DNA of 64,000 nt. It comes from Acidobacteriota bacterium. Lineage in GTDB: Bacteria > Acidobacteriota > UBA6911. The position numbers and the translations under genes are program-made. The notes below the pieces were generated by a model, which was not told the origin of the DNA, made no database searches, and saw only the letters and a program-made list of their open reading frames with translations. Positions 1 to 9,560 of the stretch are shown piece by piece. The DNA lies in assembly GCA_963664705.1 (NCBI GenBank), contig OY761556.1, positions 6,016,001 through 6,080,000 of the forward strand. Reading direction: 5' to 3'. Within the stretch, counting starts at the first letter, position 1, and every line of letters begins with the position of its first letter.

Positions 1-483
1 GATGCCAATCCCGCCCATCACATGGATAGTCAGATTACCGGGATGATCACGGAAGGGGCCGCGATCGGCTCCGATCCGGCATTGCAGGCTTCCAAGGACA
101 ATCCGTTCAGGGCCTATGTGATAGGCAGTGCCTATCACCAGTTGTTGAATGCGGCCGGATTGTGCTCCCTCTATACGGTTGCGACCTCCCCGCCTCCTAT
201 CGCCGAACTGATTGAAGGGGCCTGTGGCTGGGATTTTGGGTGGGAAGCGGCCATGACCGCGGGCCGTCGAATTCTAACGCTGAGGCAGGCTTTCAATGCC
301 CGGGAGGGATTGACTCCAGACCAGTTTGAGTTGCCTAAACGTATTGCCTCCACCGCCAGAGTGAATTTTTCCGGTTTGAGAGACGGGTATTTTCAGGAGA
401 TGGGGTGGGACCTCAAATCGGGCAAACCTTCAAAACAGTCGCTCAATGAACTGGGCTTGTCCCAATTGACCTCGGATCTATAA
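1..483 (+). CDS. Aldehyde:ferredoxin oxidoreductase (AOR/WOR family), C-terminal part; 5' truncated by window edge
   Basis: Frame open from base 1; AFOR C-terminal motifs GLCSLY, GRRILTLRQAFNAREG, LPKRI, YFQEMGWD..GKP....L..LGL. Confidence 0.85.
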   Translation, partial: DANPAHHMDSQITGMITEGAAIGSDPALQASKDNPFRAYVIGSAYHQLLNAAGLCSLYTVATSPPPIAELIEGACGWDFGWEAAMTAGRRILTLRQAFNAREGLTPDQFELPKRIASTARVNFSGLRDGYFQEMGWDLKSGKPSKQSLNELGLSQLTSDL

Positions 484-492
484 AAAACGCGA

Positions 493-557
493 CGTCCTGC
501 CAACCCTTTTTTAGTGCCGGAGTCTGACCCCCGGTATTGAAAAAAAGGTGGCAGGAC
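493..557. terminator. Imperfect inverted repeat between convergent genes; candidate bidirectional terminator
   Basis: GTCCTGCCAACCCTTTTTT (493-511) pairs with AAAAAAAGGTGGCAGGAC (540-557). Confidence 0.45.
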
Positions 558-566
558 ATCTCGTAT

Positions 567-2309
567 TTATCTCCACTTATCCACAGAAGCGCTGGAAAGA
601 TAGCCGAAATCGGCAGCCTGCCAGAAAAGATTCGTCCCGCCTCCGACCGAAAGGATATGGATGTTGGTCGGACGTGCAATCAGCGGAATCTTTTCCGTGC
701 GCGGAAGCTTCATCCACGATGCAAAGGGCTCGGCCCCCTGTCTGGCTGTGGGCAGAATGAAGTTTTGCACGCTGTAGTAATTATCCAGCCATTCGCCCAC
801 TGTCGTTGTGGTGTTCTTGAAAACGTAATCGATCAACTGCTCCTTGGAATTGAATCCTTCTCTTTCCTTGAGCTGCTTGATGATGGTTGGATCCAGCAGC
901 AGAGTTGCCGGAGAGAATGGGCTGATGAATTTCAGCCAGAACGGAATCTGTTCGGCAAAGGGCTTTCCAAAGCTTTGGTCCGGATGCGTTATTCCCCATC
1001 CGCCAAAAGTACTGACAACGCTTTCCTGCTTTTTAAAACCCTTCTGCACGTGATACGGGTTCCAACCTTCCGGAAGCTCCTCTTCATTTTCAGGCATGCA
1101 CAGGTTGTTATACATGAGGTTGTTGCCCTGGCTGCCCATGTATACCTGGCCGGGATGCGCCCCACCGTCGAGGTTAATAGACATTAGAGTCCAGGCTCTT
1201 CCAATGACGGAATTTGCCTGATTGAACGGACCGAGCGCGCCAATGCCGGCGTTCATCTTTATTTCGTTGCGGATTGGGCCGTTGACCACCACCATTCTGG
1301 CGAACGAGGTGGTGGAGGTGAACACGGACGGGACGCCGGTGGATGCCAAGGCCAGAATGACCGGGAAATGCTCCGGCTTTGCCCCGGCCATTACCGCGTT
1401 GACCGCAACCTGTTCGACGTTGTAGCTCCAGGCAGGGTGAGGCGAAGAAGCCTGCATTTTCCCTACCAGTTCGTCCGGCTTATGGCTTGTCCCCTTCAGC
1501 ATTTCAGCGACTCGAGCTTCGGTCGGCAGCACAATAGGAAGCCCGTCTGTCCATTCATTGTCAAGGAAGAGGCGGGTCAGGTTTTCGGGTGTATCAGGCT
1601 TGACCAGTCTGGGCGTGGGTTGCTCGATGAATCCCTTCTTACTGTCTTCCTCGCTCAGGGGTGTAATCAGGGCCGCGACGATTTCCTGCAAGACGGGTTT
1701 GCCCGTTACAGGGTCGTTCCCCTGCAGGTATTTCCGGCAGGTCTCTGCCGGTACTCCCGTAATCGGGTGCGGAACAAAAGTGAAGCGCTGATTAGGCATA
1801 CCGCGTTTGAAAGTGTAATTTTTAACAAGATCCTGGAAAACTCTTGTAACAACCGGGGCGGTAGGAACTCCAAGTTTTTCGAGTGTCAAACAATGGCCGA
1901 CGACCGACGGCGAGCATGAACTTCAATGCCCGACCCCCATGATGGTTCCGGCGCCCGCTGCCTTTATTTCGGCCCATAACTTTTGATCGTCATCAAAGTA
2001 TGTGCCCGCCTTGGTCCGCACAACGAAATTTGCTTTGGGATATTTTTCGCTAAGCAGCTTCTGCATTTCTGTAAAAAACTGGTGCGTGTCGGTGAATCCG
2101 ATATCGACGATGTAGATAGTTTTCCCGTCGAGGGAGGTAAACCGTGGGGCCATCGGGACTCTCGCGATTGGCGGCGGCTGTCCCATGGGATTCAACACGG
2201 TGATCTTGGGCTCCTGCGCCTGCAGAATCCCGAAGAACGCCGGGACGAAAAAGATGACTGCAAGGTATAAAGCAACCGTTTTCTTTCTCAACGTATTTCT
2301 CCTTACCAT
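567..2309 (-). CDS. UGSC-family (seleno)protein, ~580 aa, signal peptide, in-frame UGA (Sec129) in a UxxC motif
   Basis: ORFs 1923-2369 and 567-1889 are in frame and separated only by TGA at 1923-1925; read-through gives GVGH-U-SSCSPSVVGHCLTLEKLGVPTAPVVT; C-terminal WTDGLPIVLPTEARV and AVNAVMAGAKPE motifs; hydrophobic N-terminus ending LQA-QE. Confidence 0.8.
1893..1917 (-). promoter_or_regulatory. Candidate bacterial SECIS hairpin just 3' of the in-frame UGA
   Basis: mRNA after UGA reads AGUUC AUG CUC GCCG UCGGUCGU CGGC CAU; GCCG/CGGC and AUG/CAU pair, GGU in the loop at +18 to +20; the stem is short. Confidence 0.4.
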
Positions 2310-2523
2310 GAATCGGGCGGTGTTATGCCAGGGGGATACGTGCTTGCCGCAGCCGGCGGATCGCCACAAACCGATTCGGTTTTGCTGGCGATTCGATGCG
2401 GTTTTCCCCGTTCCCGTTTTTCTACTCTATCACCGGAAGACGCCGAATCAGGAACTTTTCTTGGATTCGCGTCGTATCACTACGATAGAATTTCAGGACG
2501 AAACCTTTGCCGGGGAGAGGAAA

Positions 2524-3507
2524 ATGAAACTGCGCAATGCTGCCGTGCTCTCGATTCTAGTGATTCTTGGGATTGCCTGTGTCGGTGCGGTCAGGGCCGT
2601 ATATACCGACGTGTCCGTGAAGGCCTCGGCCCCGGAATTTGCGGCCGGACTGAAGTTTATCCCATCGGACTATCAGTTTGTGTTCGGAGTCAATGTTCAG
2701 AAATTGGCGCAAAGCCGTACCTATTCCAGCTTCCGGCAGGCCAGCCCGGCCAACAAAGATCTCGCCCTCTTTACCGAGAAGACAGGACTGGACCCTGCGC
2801 GGGATATTTACTATCTCGTTGGAGGAGGGAATGGAAAGGAAAAGGCCTCAGGGATCCTGATCGCTTCAGGCGCATTTAATAAAGGTGCCATCATGAACTA
2901 TGCTCGGGCAAAATCGGCGGCAGTGGAACAGTCCTATGCCGGGACTTCCATCCTGGTGTTTGCCGATGCTCCCGGCAATTCCGTTCAAAAGGGGATTGCC
3001 TTCGTGGATGATCAGGAGATTGCCCTTGGAGATGTGGAATCTTTGAAGCTGGTTCTGGATATCAGAGGACAGGAGAACCGGAGCATCCTGAACAACCGGA
3101 CCATGATGTCTCTTGTAAGAAGTGTCGACGCGGACGAAATGTTCTGGTTTGCCGGGGATGCTTTTGGGCTGATCTCCAGCGCTCATTCCCCGGCTCCATT
3201 GGCCGCGCCGCTACAGACCGGCGGTTCCAACATCAAATACATTGTCGGCAGTCTTAATATCGGCGATGCTCTGACGGGAAAGGTCACCGCTACGGCCATT
3301 ACGCCGGAGCAGGCGACCAAGCTGGCCGATGCTGTGCGTGGACTGATTGCCCTGGGGCAGTTTAGCGGAGACAAGAATCCGGCTTTGCGGGGATTGCTCG
3401 GCGGAGTCACGGTGACCCAGAATTCCGACCAGGTCCGTCTGGATTTGAATGTGCCGGCCGATGTGCTGACGAAGATGGGCCAGCGGACTATGGAAAAGCT
3501 GCAGTAA
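2524..3507 (+). CDS. Exported hypothetical protein (DUF3352-like)
   Basis: ATG 2524 after GGAGAGG; N-terminal hydrophobic signal; FIPSD..FVFGVNV and LIALGQF motifs. Confidence 0.7.
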   Translation: MKLRNAAVLSILVILGIACVGAVRAVYTDVSVKASAPEFAAGLKFIPSDYQFVFGVNVQKLAQSRTYSSFRQASPANKDLALFTEKTGLDPARDIYYLVGGGNGKEKASGILIASGAFNKGAIMNYARAKSAAVEQSYAGTSILVFADAPGNSVQKGIAFVDDQEIALGDVESLKLVLDIRGQENRSILNNRTMMSLVRSVDADEMFWFAGDAFGLISSAHSPAPLAAPLQTGGSNIKYIVGSLNIGDALTGKVTATAITPEQATKLADAVRGLIALGQFSGDKNPALRGLLGGVTVTQNSDQVRLDLNVPADVLTKMGQRTMEKLQ

Positions 3508-3590
3508 TACCTTTATTTGCGGGAGCGCTACCGCACCGGCGGCGCTCCCGGTGGACGCCACTCCATTCCAAGCCGAAAGAGTTCCCTTGC

Positions 3591-4364
3591 TTAACTGTCG
3601 CGCCGGGCGCGTCCGTATCTGATCGAAAGCGGATGCCGCAGCGCGCGGGGCACCAGGGGATAGATTGTCGTAAACAGCCTGTACCGCCAGCCCGGAACCA
3701 CGAACAGCTTGTTCTGCCCCAGACTGTTCAAGGATTTTTCCACTACATACTCCGCCGATGTCCACAGACTGCGCGGGATCATGCGGATATCCATTTCCGC
3801 GCTTTTGTGGAATTCGCTATGGGTGAACCCGGGGCATAAAGCCTGGATGCGCACGGGTGAATTGGCCGCCTTCAATTCGAGGTAAAGGCCTTCCGTGAAG
3901 GCATTGATCCATGTCTTGGTGGCGCAATAGCTGACATTGAAGGGGGTGGCAGTAAAGCCGGCGACCGAAGAGACGTTGATGATATTTCCTGCGCGGTTCT
4001 TCACCATTTTGTGGAGTGCCGCATGCGTGAGCCGTTCGATGGCAATGACATGCAGCCGGTGCATTCTATCCTGGGGTTCCACGGGCACTTCAAAGAACTC
4101 CCCTTGTACGCCGAAGCCAGCATTATTCACCAGGAACTCCAGTTCCGGTTCTGCCTGGATACGCTCTTCGATCCTATGGAGATCGGCGGCCTCCGATAGA
4201 TCTGCCTGGATGATCTCGCAGTTTTTCAGTTCCTCCGCGAGTTTAGCCAGGCGCTCTTTGCGCCGGGCAACCAGAATCAGGTGATATCCTTTGGCGGATA
4301 GCTTTCGTGCAAAAACTTCTCCGATTCCGCTGGATGCTCCCGTAATCAGTGCCAATGCTTTCAT
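3591..4364 (-). CDS. SDR family NAD(P)-dependent oxidoreductase
   Basis: ITGASSGIG, LVNNAGFG, NVSS and YCATK (YxxxK) motifs. Confidence 0.93.
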   Translation of the reverse strand: MKALALITGASSGIGEVFARKLSAKGYHLILVARRKERLAKLAEELKNCEIIQADLSEAADLHRIEERIQAEPELEFLVNNAGFGVQGEFFEVPVEPQDRMHRLHVIAIERLTHAALHKMVKNRAGNIINVSSVAGFTATPFNVSYCATKTWINAFTEGLYLELKAANSPVRIQALCPGFTHSEFHKSAEMDIRMIPRSLWTSAEYVVEKSLNSLGQNKLFVVPGWRYRLFTTIYPLVPRALRHPLSIRYGRARRDS

Positions 4365-4443
4365 GGTCGCCAGGTTTTCCGTATTTAAGATTCGCTGCGG
4401 CTTTTCGCGCTGGTTGCCGCGAATTCTCAAAATTGTGCAAATT

Positions 4444-5238
4444 CTATTTTTTGACTGCGGTCCACGTCTGTTCCCGGCCTTTGGATGTGACGGTTCCTGA
4501 GATGGAATTGCCGTTGACCTGACCGGAGTACTGATCATCCCCGCACTGGAAGCTGATGCGGCTTGCATCCATTTTCCCATTTTTCAGCGGGATTTCCTTT
4601 CCATTCACATTCAGGGTGCCCTGAATTTCCTGGAATTCCTGGGTCATCTTCAATTCGGCATTGCCCGGTGTGGAGGTCCAAACTCCCGCAGCCTTCGCCG
4701 GCACAATCCACAGATAGGCTGTCCGCCCCTCTCTTTCGACCGTTTTGTCGTAATGCCAGTCGCCCATATTGAAGGCGTGGGCAACAATGCGCGTTCCGGG
4801 TTTCAGATTCAGTATGGTCGGACGCAGCTTGAGATTGAGTGCCGGGAGAAGATACATCGTAATGACAGTCGCCTGGCTCAGGTCGGTTTCGAAAAGATCA
4901 GCCTTGGCAAAACTGGCTTTTGAAGAGACTCCCGCTTTTTCGGCGTTGAGTTTGGATAATTCCACCATTTCGGGATTGTATTCAATGCCCATGGCTCGAG
5001 TGCCGCGTTTGGCAGCGGCGATCACAATACGGCCGTCACCGGATCCAAGGTCAATCAAGTAATCCGCCGGCGTAAGATCTGCCAGGTTGAGCATTTCCTG
5101 TACCAGTTCATCCGGCGTCGGCACCCAGATAACATCCTTGCCCTCCTGCCCAACGCTTGGTTCATATTTCTGGGCATTTGCGACAGGCACACAAAACAAG
5201 GCAGCTATGATCAGCCCAGTCCAGATTGCTTTTCTCAT
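4444..5238 (-). CDS. Class I SAM-dependent methyltransferase with signal peptide
   Basis: DVIWVPTP, motif I LIDLGSGDGRI, GIEYN, TMYLLP; signal MRKAIWTGLIIAALFCVPVANA-Q. Confidence 0.88.
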   Translation of the reverse strand: MRKAIWTGLIIAALFCVPVANAQKYEPSVGQEGKDVIWVPTPDELVQEMLNLADLTPADYLIDLGSGDGRIVIAAAKRGTRAMGIEYNPEMVELSKLNAEKAGVSSKASFAKADLFETDLSQATVITMYLLPALNLKLRPTILNLKPGTRIVAHAFNMGDWHYDKTVEREGRTAYLWIVPAKAAGVWTSTPGNAELKMTQEFQEIQGTLNVNGKEIPLKNGKMDASRISFQCGDDQYSGQVNGNSISGTVTSKGREQTWTAVKK

Positions 5239-5300
5239 ATTCACTCCCGTGTTTGTAATTGTCCCCTGGAATCTCAATCTGGATACACAGTGTAAGACAA

Positions 5301-5331
5301 AATGACGAATGACGAAATACGAATGACGAAT
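5301..5331. repeat. Heptamer tandem repeat (AATGACG) x ~4
   Basis: aatgacg aatgacg aaatacg aatgacg aat. Confidence 0.85.
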
Positions 5332-5351
5332 CAGCAGTGCCAAAAACAAAA

Positions 5352-5412
5352 ACGCCACGAATTACGCAAATTCCACGAAGGGTATTCGTGCAATTCGTGC
5401 AATTCGTGGCGT
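5352..5412. repeat. Nonamer-based REP-like palindrome (ACGCCACGAATT...AATTCGTGGCGT)
   Basis: 12-bp terminal inverted repeat plus tandem ATTCGTGCA units; sister copies at 45232-45301 and 51859-51914. Confidence 0.8.
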
Positions 5413-5463
5413 CCTGTTTTCGGCTTGATTGTTCCCGGAGTCTCCTGCCCTGTCTCGTAATTC

Positions 5464-6003
5464 CTAACAGCGGGAAGCGATCCAGCCGCTGCCGCACAGA
5501 GTAAAGCACTCTCCGCAGGCCCGGCATGAAAGCTCGGCGCCTTCGACAAGGGCCGGTTTCCGTTCGACGCCGCGTCCCTTGAAATAAATTTTGTTCTGCT
5601 TTTTGACGTCAGAGCAATACCGCAGACAAAGTCCGCAGAGACTGCAGTCGGTCATACCGGTTTTGAACCTTGATGAAGTAACGCCGTATTCCTCTGCATA
5701 CAACTGCCACGACGGCCAGAGAAGCTCGATGATCATTTTACGGATCTTTCTCACTTTTTCCGTACTGGTCTGGACCTTCAATCCCTCTTCCGCAGGATAG
5801 ACGCAGGATGCGACCAGTCTCTTCCGTCCCCACTTGGTTTCAATCTCAACCACGCACATGCGACATCCGCCGTAGTCTTCCAGCCTGTCGTCATGGCATA
5901 AGGTTGGAATCTTGATTCCCATCGATCTTGCTACCTGCAGGACGGTTTGACCTTCTTCTGCCTGAACTGCACGGCCATCGATTTCCAGATTTACTTTTTC
6001 CAT
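5464..6003 (-). CDS. Fe-S protein resembling the NuoG/HydA N-terminus ([2Fe-2S] + 2x[4Fe-4S]); no catalytic domain
   Basis: IPTLCH, GGCRMCVVE, VASC; CSLCGLCLRYC and CRACGECFTLC; ends at 179 aa; GAGGT SD. Confidence 0.88.
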   Translation of the reverse strand: MEKVNLEIDGRAVQAEEGQTVLQVARSMGIKIPTLCHDDRLEDYGGCRMCVVEIETKWGRKRLVASCVYPAEEGLKVQTSTEKVRKIRKMIIELLWPSWQLYAEEYGVTSSRFKTGMTDCSLCGLCLRYCSDVKKQNKIYFKGRGVERKPALVEGAELSCRACGECFTLCGSGWIASRC

Positions 6004-6013
6004 GGTGACCTCA

Positions 6014-7921
6014 CTACTTTGATGCGGGCGCTGCCGCTGGTTGTTGCTGCATTGAGTTTGCCGGCACTTTGATGACGGCCCTGCATTTTTCAGGACAGGC
6101 CGAGAAGCACGCGCCGCACTTGATGCACTTGGCCTGAATGACCGTGTAGACTTTGTCTTCCGATTTGTTGATGGCTGCCACCGGGCAATTGCGCAGGCAG
6201 GCTCCGCATTTCGAGCATTTTTCCTGATCGATGTCATAGGCAATCAGGGAGGCACAGACGCCCGCCGGGCAACGTTTTTGCCGGATGTGCTCGAGGTATT
6301 CCTCGCGGAAATACTTCAGCGTGCTGGCGACCGGGAACGGCGCGGATTGACCCAGGGCGCAGAGAGACGCGGCTTCCATGAACTCCGAGAGCTCTTCCAG
6401 GAGCTGCAAGTCCCCTTCCTCTCCCTGTCCGGAAGTGATCCGGTTCAGGATATTCAGCATCTGACGCGTACCCTCCCGGCAAGGGACGCATTTCCCGCAC
6501 GATTCATGGGCAAGGAAGTTGATGTAGTAGCGGGCGGTATCCACCATACAGGTGTCTTCGTCCATGACGATCATTCCGCCCGAACCCATCATCGAGCCGA
6601 CCTTGGTGAGCTCGTCGAAATCGACCGGCAGATCGAGAAGCGATTCGGGAATAACTCCACCGGAGGGACCACCGGTCTGCACCGCTTTGAATTTCTTCCC
6701 CTTCGGGATGCCGCCGCCGATCTTGAAGATGATATCGCGGAGCGAAATGCCCATCGGGACTTCGACCAGCCCGGTATTTCGCACTTTGCCGACCAAGGAA
6801 AAAATCTTGGTGCCCTTGCTTCCCTCGGTCCCCATTCCGCGGAACCATTCCGAGCCGTGATTAATGATGTGCGGAACATTGGCCCAGGTTTCCACATTAT
6901 TCAGACAGGATGGTTTTCCCCAGAGTCCCTTTTCCGATGTGTGGATGTATTTCGGACGAGGTTCCCCGACCTTGCCTTCGATGGCACTCATCAGAGCGCT
7001 CGATTCGCCGGAAACGAAGGCGCCCGCTCCGCGGTGAATTATCACATCAAAAGAAAATCCGGATCCGAGGATGTTCTTGCCCAGCAGTCCATATTCCCGG
7101 GCCTGGTCAAGCGCCATCTGCGCATGTTTGCGGGCAAGCGGGTATTCCTGGCGAACGTAGATGAACCCTTCGGAAGCTCCAATGGCATAGGCGCCGAGAA
7201 TGAGACCCTCAAGAACTCCGTGCGGGTTTCCTTCGAGCAGGCTGCGATCCATGTAGGCGCCCGGATCGCCTTCGTCCGCATTGACGATGACATACTTCGG
7301 TTCACCGTGGGCCTTCTTTGTGGTTTCCCACTTCCGACCGGCCGGGAATCCGCCACCACCGCGCCCACGCAGGTTGGCAGCCTTCACTTCGTTCAACACC
7401 GCTTCGGGCGTCATTCCGGATAGCGCTTTGGCTAAGGCCGAATATCCGCCGACTGCAATGTAATCGAGAATATTGGAGGCATCGATCTTCACGTTATTCT
7501 CGAGAAGCACGCGCTTCTGGTATTTGTAAAACGGAATTTCCTCCAGGTGAGTCAGGCGTTTTCCGCTGTCTTCATCAAGATACAGAAGCTTGTCAACGGA
7601 GCCGTTGCTGCCGGCCAGCTTGTCGACAATAGCGGGAATGTTTTTTTCCTGAGTGCCAACGTAGCAGACATCGGACGGCTGAATGACAACCAGGGGGCCG
7701 CGTTCACAGAAGCCGTGGCATCCCGTTCGGCGAACGCCTACTTTGTCGGAAAGGCCTCGTTGCCCAATTTCCTTTTCGAGCGATTCTGCAAGGGCTTCCG
7801 CTCCATAGGCCCGGCAGCCAGTGCCGGCGCAGACCGCCAGCCAGGTTTCCTTCGCGTTGCGCTTGGCGAGAATCTGATCTTTAAGTTTTGAAAGATCCGC
7901 AGGGGTTTCTATGCGAGACAT
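6014..7921 (-). CDS. nuoF: NuoF/HydB/BfuB-type FMN/NADH-binding subunit with N-terminal [2Fe-2S] and C-terminal 2x[4Fe-4S]
   Basis: CAGTGC..GCHGFC, LRGRGGGGFP, NADEGDPGAYMDR, GGPSGG, ESCGKCVPCREG, CSKCGACLRNCP, CIKCGACFSACP. Confidence 0.93.
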   Translation of the reverse strand: MSRIETPADLSKLKDQILAKRNAKETWLAVCAGTGCRAYGAEALAESLEKEIGQRGLSDKVGVRRTGCHGFCERGPLVVIQPSDVCYVGTQEKNIPAIVDKLAGSNGSVDKLLYLDEDSGKRLTHLEEIPFYKYQKRVLLENNVKIDASNILDYIAVGGYSALAKALSGMTPEAVLNEVKAANLRGRGGGGFPAGRKWETTKKAHGEPKYVIVNADEGDPGAYMDRSLLEGNPHGVLEGLILGAYAIGASEGFIYVRQEYPLARKHAQMALDQAREYGLLGKNILGSGFSFDVIIHRGAGAFVSGESSALMSAIEGKVGEPRPKYIHTSEKGLWGKPSCLNNVETWANVPHIINHGSEWFRGMGTEGSKGTKIFSLVGKVRNTGLVEVPMGISLRDIIFKIGGGIPKGKKFKAVQTGGPSGGVIPESLLDLPVDFDELTKVGSMMGSGGMIVMDEDTCMVDTARYYINFLAHESCGKCVPCREGTRQMLNILNRITSGQGEEGDLQLLEELSEFMEAASLCALGQSAPFPVASTLKYFREEYLEHIRQKRCPAGVCASLIAYDIDQEKCSKCGACLRNCPVAAINKSEDKVYTVIQAKCIKCGACFSACPEKCRAVIKVPANSMQQQPAAAPASK

Positions 7922-8982
7922 GCTTGCGCCTCCTCTTTCTGTAGTGTCTTGATGATTTTCTCGAGCTTGCTCCGTGAGGGATCTCGGTGATACTGCGAGT
8001 CGATCTGAACCACGGGAGCCAGGGCGCAGCAACCAATGCAATGGACTGTCTCGAGTGTGAATTCCTGTTTACTGTCAGTTTGACCGGCCTCGATTCCGAG
8101 CAGAGCGGAAATCCTGGTCAGCACTTCGGAGGCTCCGCGCACGTGGCAGGCCGTTCCAGTGCAGACCTGGACCGTATGCCGGCCGCGTGGTTCAAGGCTG
8201 AACGCCTCATAGAAGTTTGCCACGATATAAATCTCGCGAAGCGGAATGTTCAGCCGGCCGGAAATCCAGCTCAGAATGTGTCTCGGAAGCCAACGGAAGG
8301 TTTCCTGTACATCCAGGAGCACCTGAATCAGAGCATTCTTCTGGAAATCATATTTGCGCATGATTTCGTCGACTTTCAGCAGCTCCTCCCTGATATCCAG
8401 GATCGCCCGTTCCTTCTTTTTGATCTGGCCCAGGCTTTCCGCGTGGTACTTGGCCTCGCTTTCCAGGTAGGTGAGTTCATCGAGGAGTTGCCGTTTTTCA
8501 AGGCCAAGGGAGTATGCTTCCCCGAGAACATCCAGTCCCTGCAACAGCAGGTCGTATTTGTCGGACGGATGCGGCTGCGCGGGAGCCTGCATTTTTTTCG
8601 CTTCCCGGCGCAGGTTGCTGAGCCCAAGCGCCCGGCGCACGGTTTCAAGCAGCTTTTCCGCTTCAAACGGTTTGGTCAGGAAATCAAAAGCTCCCAGCTT
8701 CATGGATTCCACTGCGGAATCAACGGTCGCATTTCCAGTGACAACGACCGGGACCGCGGCCGGATCAATCCTGATGATTTCCGATATTGCTTCGAGCCCC
8801 GTCATCCCCTGCATTTTCAGGTCGAGGAGCACAACCCCCGGATGGGAGGACGCTACGGCTTGAATGCCTTGCTGTGCGTTTTTGGCGACAGAGGTACGGT
8901 AGCCGCCGGCTTCCAGTATCCGGCTGCACGTCTCCAGAAAATTTTCCTCGTCGTCAATAATAAGTACATCTATTGGGCGCAT
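7909..8982 (-). CDS. Response-regulator receiver domain fused to a NuoE/HydC-type [2Fe-2S] subunit
   Basis: REC: IIDDE, LLDLKM, VVTG, LTKPF; helical linker; NuoE: ALIQVLLDVQ..F.WLP, ANFYEAF, CTGTACHVRG, CIGCCALAP; overlaps the nuoF-like start. Confidence 0.9.
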   Translation of the reverse strand: MRPIDVLIIDDEENFLETCSRILEAGGYRTSVAKNAQQGIQAVASSHPGVVLLDLKMQGMTGLEAISEIIRIDPAAVPVVVTGNATVDSAVESMKLGAFDFLTKPFEAEKLLETVRRALGLSNLRREAKKMQAPAQPHPSDKYDLLLQGLDVLGEAYSLGLEKRQLLDELTYLESEAKYHAESLGQIKKKERAILDIREELLKVDEIMRKYDFQKNALIQVLLDVQETFRWLPRHILSWISGRLNIPLREIYIVANFYEAFSLEPRGRHTVQVCTGTACHVRGASEVLTRISALLGIEAGQTDSKQEFTLETVHCIGCCALAPVVQIDSQYHRDPSRSKLEKIIKTLQKEEAQACLA

Positions 8983-9107
8983 CGACGCCCCCTGAGTGGC
9001 TTCCATAGGCAACCTCTTGATAGCTGTTTGATTGCTTTTTTTGGCAGATAGCTTCCATCATCCAGGATACAACCGGATAGACATCACACTTTGCCGCAAA
9101 TGTGCTG

Positions 9108-9122
9108 GCAAGACGTGTGCCA
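9108..9122 (-). promoter_or_regulatory. Sigma-54 (-24/-12) promoter for the REC-NuoE operon
   Basis: Minus strand TGGCAC-ACGTC-TTGC, exact match to TGGCAC-N5-TTGC, ~125 bp upstream of ATG 8982. Confidence 0.75.
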
Positions 9123-9560
9123 GAACCCAATCCCAGACATCCGTTGCTGAAATAGTTTTCCAGGAAACTAACTAAAAAGAATAAAACACTTATGTTACGG
9201 CGTCCAGATTCATTTGATTCCTTTCCAAAGGAAGGCAAACTGTTTTTTGTGCGGCCGATACATTAAGTATCACAATAGAGTGAGTCGATACAAATCCGGC
9301 CAGTGGATGTGCATGAGATATGGAGGTGAGGGTGTCAAGCCGGGTAGGCCTGTGGATGAGCCCGAATTTGCTGTTTACTCGTTTGAGTAAAATATTTGTG
9401 AATTTTATCTTGACAGAATACACGCCACTATTAACAATAGGAACATAACTAATCCTTTGGTAAATGTGCGAAGTGGTGCGGGCCGGAAGTAATTTCTAGT
9501 TGGATTTTAGGCACATCGACCGAATTGCATTACCAGCCTTTTCTTTCAAAATGGTGTCTT

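Noticed and set aside
1923-2369. Stand-alone 148-aa ORF, or nonsense pseudogene
   Set aside because: The TGA sits in a UxxC context and the frame continues without stops, so Sec read-through explains it better.
5464-8982. Respiratory complex I or an [FeFe]-hydrogenase operon
   Set aside because: No membrane nuo genes and no H-cluster motifs are present.
6278-9051. Long + strand ORFs (381 aa and 354 aa)
   Set aside because: Antisense shadows of the nuoF-like and REC-NuoE genes with no recognisable motifs; the same applies to shadow ORFs such as 27231-28445 and 17408-18322.
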